Position numbers and translations under genes: made by a program | Shown here: positions 18,128 through 28,033 of the stretch, piece after piece | How the letters are laid out: each line of letters begins with the position of its first letter | How positions within the stretch are numbered: the stretch's first letter is position 1 | Notes under the pieces: model-generated | Databases searched by the model: none | Told to the model about the DNA's origin: nothing | Seen by the model: only the letters and a program-made list of their open reading frames with translations | Assembly: GCA_965205975.1 (NCBI GenBank) | Contig: OZ242195.1 | Location: 2,656,001-2,720,000 of the forward strand | Direction: 5' to 3' | Length of the DNA: 64,000 nucleotides | From: Candidatus Latescibacterota bacterium | GTDB lineage: Bacteria > Latescibacterota > UBA2968

Positions 18128-18216
18128 AAGAGGGCGCATACAAAGACGCGGGCGGGGTACAACTGGTCGTAGCTCAGACCAGTTCACACACGGAGGGGCC
18201 CGTATCGAAAAAAATA

Positions 18217-18251
18217 AATAGGCGGATAATCGCAAAGATCATCCGCCTATT
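18217..18251. terminator. Bidirectional intrinsic terminator between convergent genes
   Basis: IR AATAGGCGGAT / ATCCGCCTATT preceded by an A-tract. Confidence 0.7.
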
Positions 18252-18274
18252 CTACTTCAGCATTGAAAAAGCTG

Positions 18275-18694
18275 TTAATCGGAAAATTCAACCTCTAAAA
18301 ATCGTTTTGGAGAGCCTATCAAAATATCTTTATACTTTTCGATATCGAGAAGATCATCGTCTCCAGAAATAATCCACTGAACCTTTCCTGCAATAGCACA
18401 GGCTATCACATGATCATCATCTGGATCTCGTTCTACAATACCACTCACACTTGCGGGTTCATAAAGTTCAACCTGTTTCAATACTTCCCGCATCAACTCT
18501 GGCACACTGCTTTCTCGTGCAACTAGAATTGACGCAAATTTATCACGCCCTAAAACCTCTCGCAGTTCTTTGACAAGAACAGGCGAGATAACGGCTTTTA
18601 TTTTTCCATTCTCAATCAGTTTCAAAATTTGATTCGGTAAGCCTGTCCAGAGCAATGCCGAAACCCAGACACTGGTATCAAGCACCACGCGCAC
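18275..18694 (-). CDS. PIN-domain toxin (PIN_3/TIGR00305-type)
   Basis: VVLDTSVWVSALL, RDPDDDHVIACA, IISGDDDLL. Confidence 0.9.
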   Translation of the reverse strand: MRVVLDTSVWVSALLWTGLPNQILKLIENGKIKAVISPVLVKELREVLGRDKFASILVARESSVPELMREVLKQVELYEPASVSGIVERDPDDDHVIACAIAGKVQWIISGDDDLLDIEKYKDILIGSPKRFLEVEFSD

Positions 18695-18935
18695 CGCATT
18701 TTTCCTTTCGATAAGCGTGGACCTCGTCGGCTATCTCACTTAATGGAGGCTCTATAAGGCTTGGCCCCCTGTTGGCGATTTGAGAAAGCAATGTTGTCCT
18801 TTTGGGTTTTAGGATCAGCGTATCACCCTCTATAAAAGCTGCTAGGCTTTCGCCGTTTTCAACATTTTCAATCCAGCTTTTCATTGCCTCTGGCAAAATC
18901 AGTTTATCATCGATGACTTTAACAGCATATTCCAT
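18678..18935 (-). CDS. AbrB/MazE-like antitoxin
   Basis: KLILPEAM...GESLAAFIEGDTLILKP; overlaps the PIN gene; start at ATG 18935 with GAGG RBS. Confidence 0.7.
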   Translation of the reverse strand: MEYAVKVIDDKLILPEAMKSWIENVENGESLAAFIEGDTLILKPKRTTLLSQIANRGPSLIEPPLSEIADEVHAYRKEKCGARGA

Positions 18936-19041
18936 AGCACTTGTCCTCTTAAAAATACGGGACACAATATTCTTTTTCAAAATAGACAACTACATCTCGA
19001 ATGTCAATCTGTGATTCCCAATTGATTTTTCCGATACGCGA

Positions 19042-19245
19042 CTATATATCTTCTTCAAGATGTTTATCTGTAATCTCTTTCCAACTACCGGCAGCAGCTC
19101 GGAAACATCGTATTTTTTTTTCTTCTGAAAAATCAGAGCACGACTCTATAATCACCGTGACGTTTTCACCTTCAGACAAAACAAGAGGTTCTTCTGGCTC
19201 CAACACACCGTTCCGATACATTGCTTTGATTTTTATCGCTTCCAT
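19042..19245 (-). CDS. DUF104/AF2212-like antitoxin-family protein
   Basis: IKAMYRNGVLEPEEPLVLSEGENVTVII and AAGSW. Confidence 0.78.
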   Translation of the reverse strand: MEAIKIKAMYRNGVLEPEEPLVLSEGENVTVIIESCSDFSEEKKIRCFRAAAGSWKEITDKHLEEDI

Positions 19246-19373
19246 AGTGATTGTCCTTTGAAAAAGTACAGAGCATAATATCTTTTTCCAAAATATACAA
19301 CTCTACCTTAAATGTCAAATCTGTGATCTCCGATTGTTTTTTCCTTATATTACTACTTGTCCCCCTAACTCCC

Positions 19374-20363
19374 ATGATCGAAACTATTCACCGCTTATTC
19401 CGCGACCAACTGCCAGAACAGCGCATTGCAAAAATCGAACCGCTCTCCGAAACCCGGGCGCACACAGTCTGGAAAGTCACAACTGACCGCTCGGTATTTG
19501 CAGTTAAACACCACCTCTTTGCGCCGCTCACATGCGGCAAACCATACCACTTGCTCGCCGTTGAACAAAAAGTCACCAACCATCTCCTCGCCAGCGGCGT
19601 CTCTGTCCCCCGCATCATCACAACCGATCACGACATGGTCATCTACGAATGGTGCGGCAATCACACCCTCGACGACATCTGCCAGACCGTTGATCCCAGC
19701 CCATTCATGCACAGCGTCATCAACACCCTCTGCGCGCTCGAAAAAGCGTTTTACAATCACAGCGCCAAATTCATCCCGCACATCGCGCCCGGGTGTAGCG
19801 CAGATGACTTGCGAGAACAGTGGCACAACACCACCCAATCACTCGCAGAAACGCTTCCCCATCTCGTAACGCGCGACTCCAATGCCCCAAATCTTCTATC
19901 GGCCTGGGAAACCATCGTAAACGAACTCATCCACGCACCGCCAGCACTCGGCCCCACCGACTACAACGCCCGCAACATCGCGTGTCCAAATCCAGAAACG
20001 GCAACCGTTCTCGAACTCGCCAAAATCGGCTATGACTGGCCCGAACGCCGCCTGATACAATACACCACATCGCTCGGCGCCCACAAGCCCCACGGCCGCA
20101 TCATTGGCCTTCTCACACCAGTACTTGCGCAATACTACGCACATCTTGCATCACAATTGTACTCTACTCCAGCCGAAACCATCCTCTTTCGTCTCGATGC
20201 ACACCACCTCATCTATCACCTGTTCGCAGCCCATATATGCCTCACAACGCCACACTGGCAAAATATCAAAACCCGCATCGCACAACACAAAAGTCAGATA
20301 TCCCAGCCCTTATCCGACCATCCCCTGATAAACAAATTCCGCGCATATTTTCGCAAAAAATAA
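19374..20363 (+). CDS. APH/choline-kinase-like phosphotransferase with non-canonical motifs
   Basis: VWKV....FAVK, GVSVPRII, catalytic-loop-like PTDYNARN; start at ATG 19374. Confidence 0.6.
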   Translation: MIETIHRLFRDQLPEQRIAKIEPLSETRAHTVWKVTTDRSVFAVKHHLFAPLTCGKPYHLLAVEQKVTNHLLASGVSVPRIITTDHDMVIYEWCGNHTLDDICQTVDPSPFMHSVINTLCALEKAFYNHSAKFIPHIAPGCSADDLREQWHNTTQSLAETLPHLVTRDSNAPNLLSAWETIVNELIHAPPALGPTDYNARNIACPNPETATVLELAKIGYDWPERRLIQYTTSLGAHKPHGRIIGLLTPVLAQYYAHLASQLYSTPAETILFRLDAHHLIYHLFAAHICLTTPHWQNIKTRIAQHKSQISQPLSDHPLINKFRAYFRKK

Positions 20364-20395
20364 AGGCGATCCCATTTCCAAGATCGCCTTTTTAT
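20362..20395 (+). terminator. Intrinsic terminator
   Basis: AAAGGCGATC / GATCGCCTTT followed by a T-rich tail. Confidence 0.75.
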
Positions 20396-20494
20396 TTATT
20401 TTCACTGTTATAGAGTCGAGGCAGGGATGCCTCTCTTACGGGTCTATGAACTGGCCTGAGAGTCGGCCAGTTGTACATCGCTCCGTCTATTCGT

Positions 20495-23400
20495 CTATTC
20501 GTCTATTCGCGCTTCTACCACCCGCTCAAAAATCGCCCTTGTCTGTGCCATATCGTTCTTCAAAACATCTTCAAACACCTCAGCCGTATCAAACCCCATC
20601 GCCCGGGCCACTGCTGTCAACGCGCGGTCTTCGGTCGGCAAATGGGTACGTGCCTGTTCATCCTGGCGTCTGATCACTTTTTCTACAGTACGCAAAAACA
20701 CATACGCTTGCTGAAGCCGTTGTGCATCTTCTGCCCCCAAAAACCCGCCTTCTACCAATCTTCTCAGTGCCTCAAGCGTATTGGCACTGCGCAACTCCGG
20801 ATGATCTTTGGCGAACTTCAACTGCAAAATTTGTGCAATAAATTCAATATCCACAATCCCTCCCGCATCTGTTTTAATACTCAACACCTTACGGGATCTT
20901 TGTCCATCTTTGCGCTCCATCTTCTTGCGAATATCCAGCATTGTAGCTACCTCTGCATCTGAAAACCCGGTACCCACGACAAAAGGCTCAAACAAATTTA
21001 GCAGCTTTTCTCCCAAAACCGCATCGCCAGCGACGATCCGGCTGCGAGACAATGCCATGCGCTCCCATGTTGACGCGCGCGTATCCAAATAGCGACCATA
21101 AGATTCCAAAGACAGCGCCAAAAGCCCGCTCGCCCCCTCGGGACGCAATCGCGGATCCACCGGATAGAGCTTCCCCTGTGGCGTATTCTGCTCCAGCATC
21201 GCGATCATCTGCTGCGCCAGATCGATAAAAAATTGCAAATTCCCCTGTGGCTTTGCACCATCCGTTTCGCCATCTTCCCCATATACAAATACGATATCCA
21301 GATCCGAACCAAAACTCAATTCGTCCCCACCCATCTTGCCCAGACCCAGCACCACAAACCCGACCTCCTCACCGCTGCGATTGCGCGGCACCCCGCGCTT
21401 TTTAACCAAGCGCGCATAAACCACCTCATAAACCGCCTGCACAACCACATCGGTCAACATCGTCAGCGCCTCAAATGTTTCAAACGTATCGGTCAAGCCC
21501 ACGAGATCGCGCGTCCCAAAGCGCAGCAACTCCCGATTTTTTACAGCATTTATCCCCCCCGCCAATTCGGGCGTATCGCCATACCGCTCAACCTGTGCGC
21601 GAAACTGTTCTCGCAAAGCATCCACACCCGGACTCAGGTGCAAAACCTCTGCTTCCGGATCCAGATACAAAACCTCTGGACGAACCAGCCAATCGAGCAA
21701 TCCGGGATTGCGCCTTATCACCTGCACCAGAAATTGGCTACCCACACACAGCGATAACATCAGTTGGCGAAACCCCTGATTAGATGCCAAAATGCGAAAA
21801 AACATATCGCCTGCCCCATAAGCAGACACCAGACTCTCCAGATTACTCAACCCCTGATCGGGATCGGCTGACTCCTGAAGTGCCTGCATCAATGCCGGTG
21901 CCAGTTCTGTAAAGCTCTGACGCGCCCGTGTGCCCCGAATCCGCGGCACATGTCCAAAAGCCAGATAAATGAGATTGCGATGTGCCTCGCCCGGTCGAGA
22001 AAACCCAATCTCTTCCAATAACCCGCTGGCCTCTGCATCGCCTATTTCCATATTTACCAGCGCGCCTATAGAACGGCCCTCGCTTTCTCGCGCTTCCGTA
22101 AAGACCTGGGCATACACCTCCTGCACAGCCTTCAAATGGACATCCAGTATTTTGCGATACACCTCAGCAGATCCCATATCCATCGTGCGCGCCAGTATTC
22201 TCTGTTCATCCTCCCCTTCGGGCAGCGAATAATCACTGCGGTTGTGCATCATCTGCAAACGGTGTTCCAAACGCCTGAAAAATACGTAAGCGTCCCTTAG
22301 CTGATCGGCTTCCTTCCCCGACAGCGCAGATACCCGTTGCAACTGCCGAATAGCCTCGAGCGTATTGTCCGACCGCGCATTCTCGTGTATGCGCCCCACC
22401 AGCAATTGCAAACACTGCACAATAAACTCGATATCCCGAATGCCTCCAGAGCGCAACTTCAAATGCGTTTCGCGCTGCCCCTTGCTGCCAATCTGATCTT
22501 CTATACGCGCCTTAACGCGGTTGATCTCCGTTGCCGGGCTGGTATCAAAATAGCGCGGAAAAACAAAGGGCTGTACCATCTTCAAAAATCGCTGTCCCAG
22601 ATGTTCAGACCCGGCACAACAACGGGACTTGATCAACATCTGCCGCTCCCACAATTCGCCCCGCCGCATATAGTAGCCCTCATATCCGGCAAGAGGCATC
22701 ACGAGCGCGCCAGCCGCGCCATCGGGACGCAGGCGCATATCCATACGATACAAAAACCCCTCTGGCGTCACCTCTGTCGCCGCACGCACAATTTGCTCAC
22801 ACAATCGGGAGAAAAACTCCTGATTGGTCACAGAACGTTCACCATCCGTATTGCCCTCGGCACTATAGACAAACATCAAATCGATATCCGAACTAAAATT
22901 AAGCTCCATACCGCCCAACTTGCCCAACCCAAAAATAGCAAACTCCACGGACTGTCCATCGCCATTTCGCGGCATGCCATAACGCGCTTGCAGGTCGGGC
23001 AACAAAATATCAATCAGCTTTTGCAAACACACATCTGCCAAAATCGACAAATCAGCCGCAACATACTGAATGGCGCGACCACCAGCCAGATCGCCCACGC
23101 CAATACGCAACAATTCGCGTCGCGCACTTCGCCGAACAGTATTGAGTTTGTCGTCGCGCGTATCCACAGCCTCGACAGCCCGATCAAAAGCCACCATCAA
23201 TTGTTCTTTCTCACACGATTGTGCAATGCGATCCGGAGCATCGATCAACCAATCCAAAATATCGGGGTCGCGCACCAGCATATCAGCCATAAAAGGACTA
23301 CCGCCCAAAACGCACAACAACATGCGACACAACTCGGGATACTCATTGAGCGTGTGCAAAAACGACGCGCGACCAGCCTGCACAATGCGCAAAAAATTAT

Positions 23401-23581
23401 TCAGCGCCATATCGGGATCGGGCGCATCGATCAACGCCTGAAAAAAATCGTCGGGAAGTTGACCATCAGCCTCTGAGCCAGCCAACTCTTCGAGATTGTG
23501 CAACGCGCGTTCAACATCTCGAAATCCCGCCTGTGCAAGCGCGTCTTTTGCGTCGGGTGTATTAAAATCAAAAATATCCAT
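20495..23581 (-). CDS. glnE: Bifunctional glutamine synthetase adenylyltransferase/adenylyl-removing enzyme
   Basis: Two nucleotidyltransferase domains GKLGG.ELN.SSDIDL and GKMGG.ELSFGSDLD, D.RLRP.G, WER, GGI.DIEF. Confidence 0.96.
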   Translation of the reverse strand: MDIFDFNTPDAKDALAQAGFRDVERALHNLEELAGSEADGQLPDDFFQALIDAPDPDMALNNFLRIVQAGRASFLHTLNEYPELCRMLLCVLGGSPFMADMLVRDPDILDWLIDAPDRIAQSCEKEQLMVAFDRAVEAVDTRDDKLNTVRRSARRELLRIGVGDLAGGRAIQYVAADLSILADVCLQKLIDILLPDLQARYGMPRNGDGQSVEFAIFGLGKLGGMELNFSSDIDLMFVYSAEGNTDGERSVTNQEFFSRLCEQIVRAATEVTPEGFLYRMDMRLRPDGAAGALVMPLAGYEGYYMRRGELWERQMLIKSRCCAGSEHLGQRFLKMVQPFVFPRYFDTSPATEINRVKARIEDQIGSKGQRETHLKLRSGGIRDIEFIVQCLQLLVGRIHENARSDNTLEAIRQLQRVSALSGKEADQLRDAYVFFRRLEHRLQMMHNRSDYSLPEGEDEQRILARTMDMGSAEVYRKILDVHLKAVQEVYAQVFTEARESEGRSIGALVNMEIGDAEASGLLEEIGFSRPGEAHRNLIYLAFGHVPRIRGTRARQSFTELAPALMQALQESADPDQGLSNLESLVSAYGAGDMFFRILASNQGFRQLMLSLCVGSQFLVQVIRRNPGLLDWLVRPEVLYLDPEAEVLHLSPGVDALREQFRAQVERYGDTPELAGGINAVKNRELLRFGTRDLVGLTDTFETFEALTMLTDVVVQAVYEVVYARLVKKRGVPRNRSGEEVGFVVLGLGKMGGDELSFGSDLDIVFVYGEDGETDGAKPQGNLQFFIDLAQQMIAMLEQNTPQGKLYPVDPRLRPEGASGLLALSLESYGRYLDTRASTWERMALSRSRIVAGDAVLGEKLLNLFEPFVVGTGFSDAEVATMLDIRKKMERKDGQRSRKVLSIKTDAGGIVDIEFIAQILQLKFAKDHPELRSANTLEALRRLVEGGFLGAEDAQRLQQAYVFLRTVEKVIRRQDEQARTHLPTEDRALTAVARAMGFDTAEVFEDVLKNDMAQTRAIFERVVEARIDE

Positions 23582-23596
23582 GAATGAACCTCAAAT

Positions 23597-23956
<360 letters not shown>

Positions 23957-24101
23957 TTACATGGATTACGCCGATGGCGCAGATGCAATACAATATATTC
24001 CGACAATCACATCTGTTCAAATGCGTTGTTGACACCACAAAAAAAAATCTATATTCTGTGCCCATTCAAAACCATCACCAATACGCACAAAAGGAACCGC
24101 T

Positions 24102-24455
24102 ATGCCCGTTACCAGACTATCGGAAACCACAGCCGAAGAATTTCCCTGGGGCACCCTCAACTGGCTCATGGGCCAGGCCATTGATCCCGATGCCAAACAG
24201 ACCTTTGGCATGGCCATCATTCAACCCGGCCAGCAAAATCCACCGCATTACCACCCCAATTGCGAAGAAATCCTCTATGTCGTCTCCGGAACATGCGAAC
24301 ACACGTACGGCGACGACAGCTATCAACTCGAACCGGGCGATAGCATTCGGGTTCCCGCTGGCGTGATCCACCACGCGATTAACAACGGCGATGAACCGCT
24401 GCGTGCAATCATCTCCTTTTCATCGGGCGACCGTCAAACCGTATTTCTCGAATAG
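24102..24455 (+). CDS. Cupin-domain protein
   Basis: PHYHPNCEEILYVVSG and PAGVIH. Confidence 0.88.
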   Translation: MPVTRLSETTAEEFPWGTLNWLMGQAIDPDAKQTFGMAIIQPGQQNPPHYHPNCEEILYVVSGTCEHTYGDDSYQLEPGDSIRVPAGVIHHAINNGDEPLRAIISFSSGDRQTVFLE

Positions 24456-24462
24456 GCGAACT

Positions 24463-25032
24463 ATGACTATTCGGGCCATCATCTTCGACATGGACGGTAC
24501 ACTCACAGAATCGTACATCAACTGGCCAGATCTGCGTTCAAAAATCAATTGCCCGCCCGAAAAAACCATCATCGAGCACATCGACAACTTACCCGCAAAA
24601 CAACGCAAACAGGCCACTGATATCCTTCTCCAAAAAGAATGGGAGGCAGCACAACACGCCGCCATTCGCACTGGTGCAACAGAACTCATAGACGCACTGC
24701 GAGCGCGCAAGTACAAACTCGGCCTGGTCACCAACAACCACGGCGCCGCCATGCACTGCGTAATCAACCGACTCAATCGCGCCTTTGACATCGCCCTCAG
24801 CCGAGACGACGGTCCCATAAAACCCAGCCCCTACCTCATCCACAAAACGCTCCAGGCCCTCGACACTTCTCCAAACGAAGCCATAAGCATCGGCGATAGC
24901 CGTTACGATCTCATGGCCTCTGCCGCCGCCCGCGTGCGCTGTATTCACTTCACCGATGGCGCATCCGACCTCACGCACGATCTCCAGGTCGCGTCACTAC
25001 CTGCGATCATACCGCTCCTGGATCGGCTTTAG
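24463..25032 (+). CDS. HAD-superfamily hydrolase
   Basis: IIFDMDGTL, LVTNN, KPSP, IGDS.YD; start at ATG 24463. Confidence 0.9.
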   Translation: MTIRAIIFDMDGTLTESYINWPDLRSKINCPPEKTIIEHIDNLPAKQRKQATDILLQKEWEAAQHAAIRTGATELIDALRARKYKLGLVTNNHGAAMHCVINRLNRAFDIALSRDDGPIKPSPYLIHKTLQALDTSPNEAISIGDSRYDLMASAAARVRCIHFTDGASDLTHDLQVASLPAIIPLLDRL

Positions 25033-26203
25033 CACACGCCAACCTTTCCGCACACACTCGGATACGCGCCAACGCCTTTTCGATATTTTCCACAGAATTC
25101 GCGTAAGAAAACCGCAAATATCCCTCGCCGTATTCCCCAAAGTCCGACCCGGCCAGACACGCTACGTGTCCCTCATTCAAAATCACATCTGCGACTTCCG
25201 CAGACGACTTGCCCAATCTCATAATATTTGGAAACGCGTAAAAAGCCCCCTCGGGCATCGGGCATGTAATCCCCTCAATCGCATTCAAACCCTCTACAAT
25301 AATCGCACACCGTTTGCGAAACGCATCCACCATATCCTCAACAGCATCCTGCGGACCCTTCAACGCAGCTAAAGCCGCCATTTGCGTAAACGCAGCCGTA
25401 CACGAATTGCTATTGACCATCAGCCGGTCAAAATGCGGCACGAGATCCATCGGCATCACCCCATAGCCAATGCGCCAGCCCGTCATCGCATACGTCTTGG
25501 AAAACCCATCGAGAATAATCAACAAATCGGCCATACCCTCACACGCCGAAATGCTGTGAAACGCATCGCCATAGACCATCCGGGAATAAATCTCATCGGA
25601 CAACACGGGAATCTGATGCTCGACCGCCACCTCGGCAATCGTCTGCAAATCGCCTTCTGGAATTATGCCACCTGTGGGATTTTGCGGTGAATTTAGAATA
25701 ATCAGCTTTGTGCGTTCCGTCACCAGATCGCGCAATTGATCCGCATTCAGGCTAAACCCGCGATCCTCCGTCAGAGGCACGGGCACGGGTTGCGCACCCG
25801 CAAAGCGAATCACCGACTCGTAAATCGGAAAACCCGGATTCGGATAAATCACCTCATCGCCACGCTCAGCCAATGCCAGAATAGAATAAAACATAATCGG
25901 CTTGGCACCGGGCGTCACCACCACCTGATCGGGATGCACGTCAATCTGTCGCGTTGTCGAAATCTCTTCCGCTATTGCCTCGCGCAACTCGGGCAATCCC
26001 ACGGGCGGACCGTAATGCGTAAACCCATATGACAGTGCTCTCTGTCCCGCCTCGACAATATGTGCTGGCGTGTCAAAATCCGGCTCGCCAATTTCCAGAT
26101 GCACCACATCGTGTCCCATCTCCTCCAGCGCACGCGCCTTTACCAGTACCTCAAAAGCAGACTCCGTACCCAACAGCGACATGCGATTTGCAATATTCAT
26201 CAT
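25007..26203 (-). CDS. PLP-dependent class I/II (aspartate-type) aminotransferase
   Basis: GEPDF, NSPQNPTG, SDEIY, GFSKTYAMTGWRIG. Confidence 0.93.
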   Translation of the reverse strand: MMNIANRMSLLGTESAFEVLVKARALEEMGHDVVHLEIGEPDFDTPAHIVEAGQRALSYGFTHYGPPVGLPELREAIAEEISTTRQIDVHPDQVVVTPGAKPIMFYSILALAERGDEVIYPNPGFPIYESVIRFAGAQPVPVPLTEDRGFSLNADQLRDLVTERTKLIILNSPQNPTGGIIPEGDLQTIAEVAVEHQIPVLSDEIYSRMVYGDAFHSISACEGMADLLIILDGFSKTYAMTGWRIGYGVMPMDLVPHFDRLMVNSNSCTAAFTQMAALAALKGPQDAVEDMVDAFRKRCAIIVEGLNAIEGITCPMPEGAFYAFPNIMRLGKSSAEVADVILNEGHVACLAGSDFGEYGEGYLRFSYANSVENIEKALARIRVCAERLACAKADPGAV

Positions 26204-26276
26204 AAAATCCTTAAATGCAGTAAAAGGTGAAACGTAAAAAGTAAGAACGTAGAGGCGGTGCCCATTATCTCGTTTT

Positions 26277-26582
26277 CTAATGTTGTGATCGTTCCGCTAC
26301 TTCGTAAGCTGTGTCGTGAGGTCCCACAGCTATTGCCCAAGCTGTGTCGTTATCCAGAATTGAAAAAACAAAGCGAAAATTGCGATTCAAACGCACCGAG
26401 TACAGATTATTGCCAATCCGCAGTCGCTCCAAATTCCGTCCGGGAGCCAACTCGCCAGCACATAGTTCGTCAATCACGCGCTCCAATTCTCTTTGCATCC
26501 GAGGGGGAAGACGCCTGACCATTTTGGCGAACTTGTTATTCGGTCTTATGAACGCGGTAATTTGTAACGGACGACTGGTCAT
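26277..26582 (-). CDS. RelE/ParE-superfamily toxin
   Basis: Basic 101-aa protein: F.KMVRRLP, LERL, YSVRLNRNFRFVF, VGPHD..Y. Confidence 0.78.
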   Translation of the reverse strand: MTSRPLQITAFIRPNNKFAKMVRRLPPRMQRELERVIDELCAGELAPGRNLERLRIGNNLYSVRLNRNFRFVFSILDNDTAWAIAVGPHDTAYEVAERSQH

Positions 26583-26585
26583 GGA

Positions 26586-27146
26586 CTATAGATCTTCCAA
26601 AGATGCCATAAATTCTGCTCCGTTCGTGTATGTTTCTCCTGAGTTCGAAGGAAGCGACCCGTCGTTGATCAGAATGAGCCAGCGAAGCTCTTGATACCAT
26701 GCAACGAGAGATTTGAACAGATCGTCCAGGCGTTCCAATTCTTCAAAGACCTCGGCGCCGTGTGCGTTTGCCCCACCACTCTGCTGTAAGACGTCTCGAA
26801 TATCGCGCAATGCTTTTCTTTCATTAATGAAGTATGCCTCTCCCTTTTCCAGCGCAGGCACCCCAACATCATCAGGGTCCATTTCCTGACCCGGCGGAAA
26901 ATCTTTAGCGGCTTTCAAGAGCCGATCATGAAAGGTGTCAAGGATAGCGGCCTGGGCATTGTACCGTTCCCGAAAGCTATTGGTTAATACCTGTATCACC
27001 TTTTTATTCTGGCTTTTGTGCAGATTTGACAGCGCATTTTCGCGGAGTACCTCTGGGTGTTCCAGGGGTTGTGCTCCCCAGACTAATGCACCGGCGACAT
27101 CGCGCACCGCTTCACCGCTAAATTCAGCGACTTGTTGCGTAATCAT
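26586..27146 (-). CDS. Hypothetical protein, probable cognate antitoxin
   Basis: GGGAGG RBS; acidic; stop 3 nt before the toxin start; C-terminus GETYTNGAEFMASLEDL resembles antitoxin tails. Confidence 0.55.
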   Translation of the reverse strand: MITQQVAEFSGEAVRDVAGALVWGAQPLEHPEVLRENALSNLHKSQNKKVIQVLTNSFRERYNAQAAILDTFHDRLLKAAKDFPPGQEMDPDDVGVPALEKGEAYFINERKALRDIRDVLQQSGGANAHGAEVFEELERLDDLFKSLVAWYQELRWLILINDGSLPSNSGETYTNGAEFMASLEDL

Positions 27147-27220
27147 GCTCAACCTCCCTTTCAGGTGATTGAAGGGTATGCTTATACTATACGTAGAACG
27201 GATGTGCAGAAGCTAACCGC

Positions 27221-27784
27221 TTATTTAATAACAATTGCGTGTGCAACTTCGGGACCGTGAACCCCCAGCGTCAGTCGCATCTCAATATCTGCGGTTCGGC
27301 TCGGTCCAGAAATAAAAGTTGCCGTTGCATTTTCGGGATGATCCAGATAAAACTGGCGCAACGGCTCAGCGGCATCCTTCAAATTCTCCAGCAGCGTACT
27401 CGCCTTAAAAATGCCGATATGTACGCGGGGCAACGTCGAAACAAGACGCACGGCATCGTCCAGAGCAAACTCGACGAGACTCCCCGACTCAGCCACTGCA
27501 AAAACCGCCCAGGACACTCCCGCCTCGACAGCATCAATCGCGTGGGGCAATTCGGAACTGTCAAAAGGCGGCACGCGCACATCAATCCCCGCATCCACAC
27601 ACGCGCGTTCAACAGCATCGTCCAACCCATCGGGCAACTCGGCGCACACAACCCGCTTACAACCGATCTCCCTGAGCACACTGACCACAATGGGCGCAAC
27701 CGCATCAACACCCTCAGCCACATGCGCGACACCGGACAAAGACGCGTACTTTTTCACAAAAGCATCAATCAATTCATCACTCAT
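27221..27784 (-). CDS. lutC: LUD-domain lactate utilisation protein C
   Basis: AVAESGSL, R.VSTLP.VHI, FISGPSRTADIE..L.LGVHGP. Confidence 0.85.
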   Translation of the reverse strand: MSDELIDAFVKKYASLSGVAHVAEGVDAVAPIVVSVLREIGCKRVVCAELPDGLDDAVERACVDAGIDVRVPPFDSSELPHAIDAVEAGVSWAVFAVAESGSLVEFALDDAVRLVSTLPRVHIGIFKASTLLENLKDAAEPLRQFYLDHPENATATFISGPSRTADIEMRLTLGVHGPEVAHAIVIK

Positions 27785-28033
27785 AATCCACCTATCAATT
27801 GAGAAAAATTGCCCCCACCCTCAATTCGCGTTTTAATTTTCATTCAGGGGACATTTATTGCAACGCTTTAATTCGCCATCAAAGTATCAAAGAACATTCA
27901 AATTAATGTGAAATACCTTTCCACGCAAGTACACATACGGAGTACACCACTACTTTACCCTTTACCCTTTGAACTCTCCACTTTATCTTTACTCCATTCC
28001 GCACGCACTATCCATTGTTCACTGGTAACTAAC

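Noticed and set aside
22337..23476. Long alternative ORFs (e.g. 22337-23476 +, 47456-48583 -, 60090-61121 +)
   Set aside because: Antisense to well-supported genes (glnE, sulfatase, uxuA) and lacking recognisable motifs.
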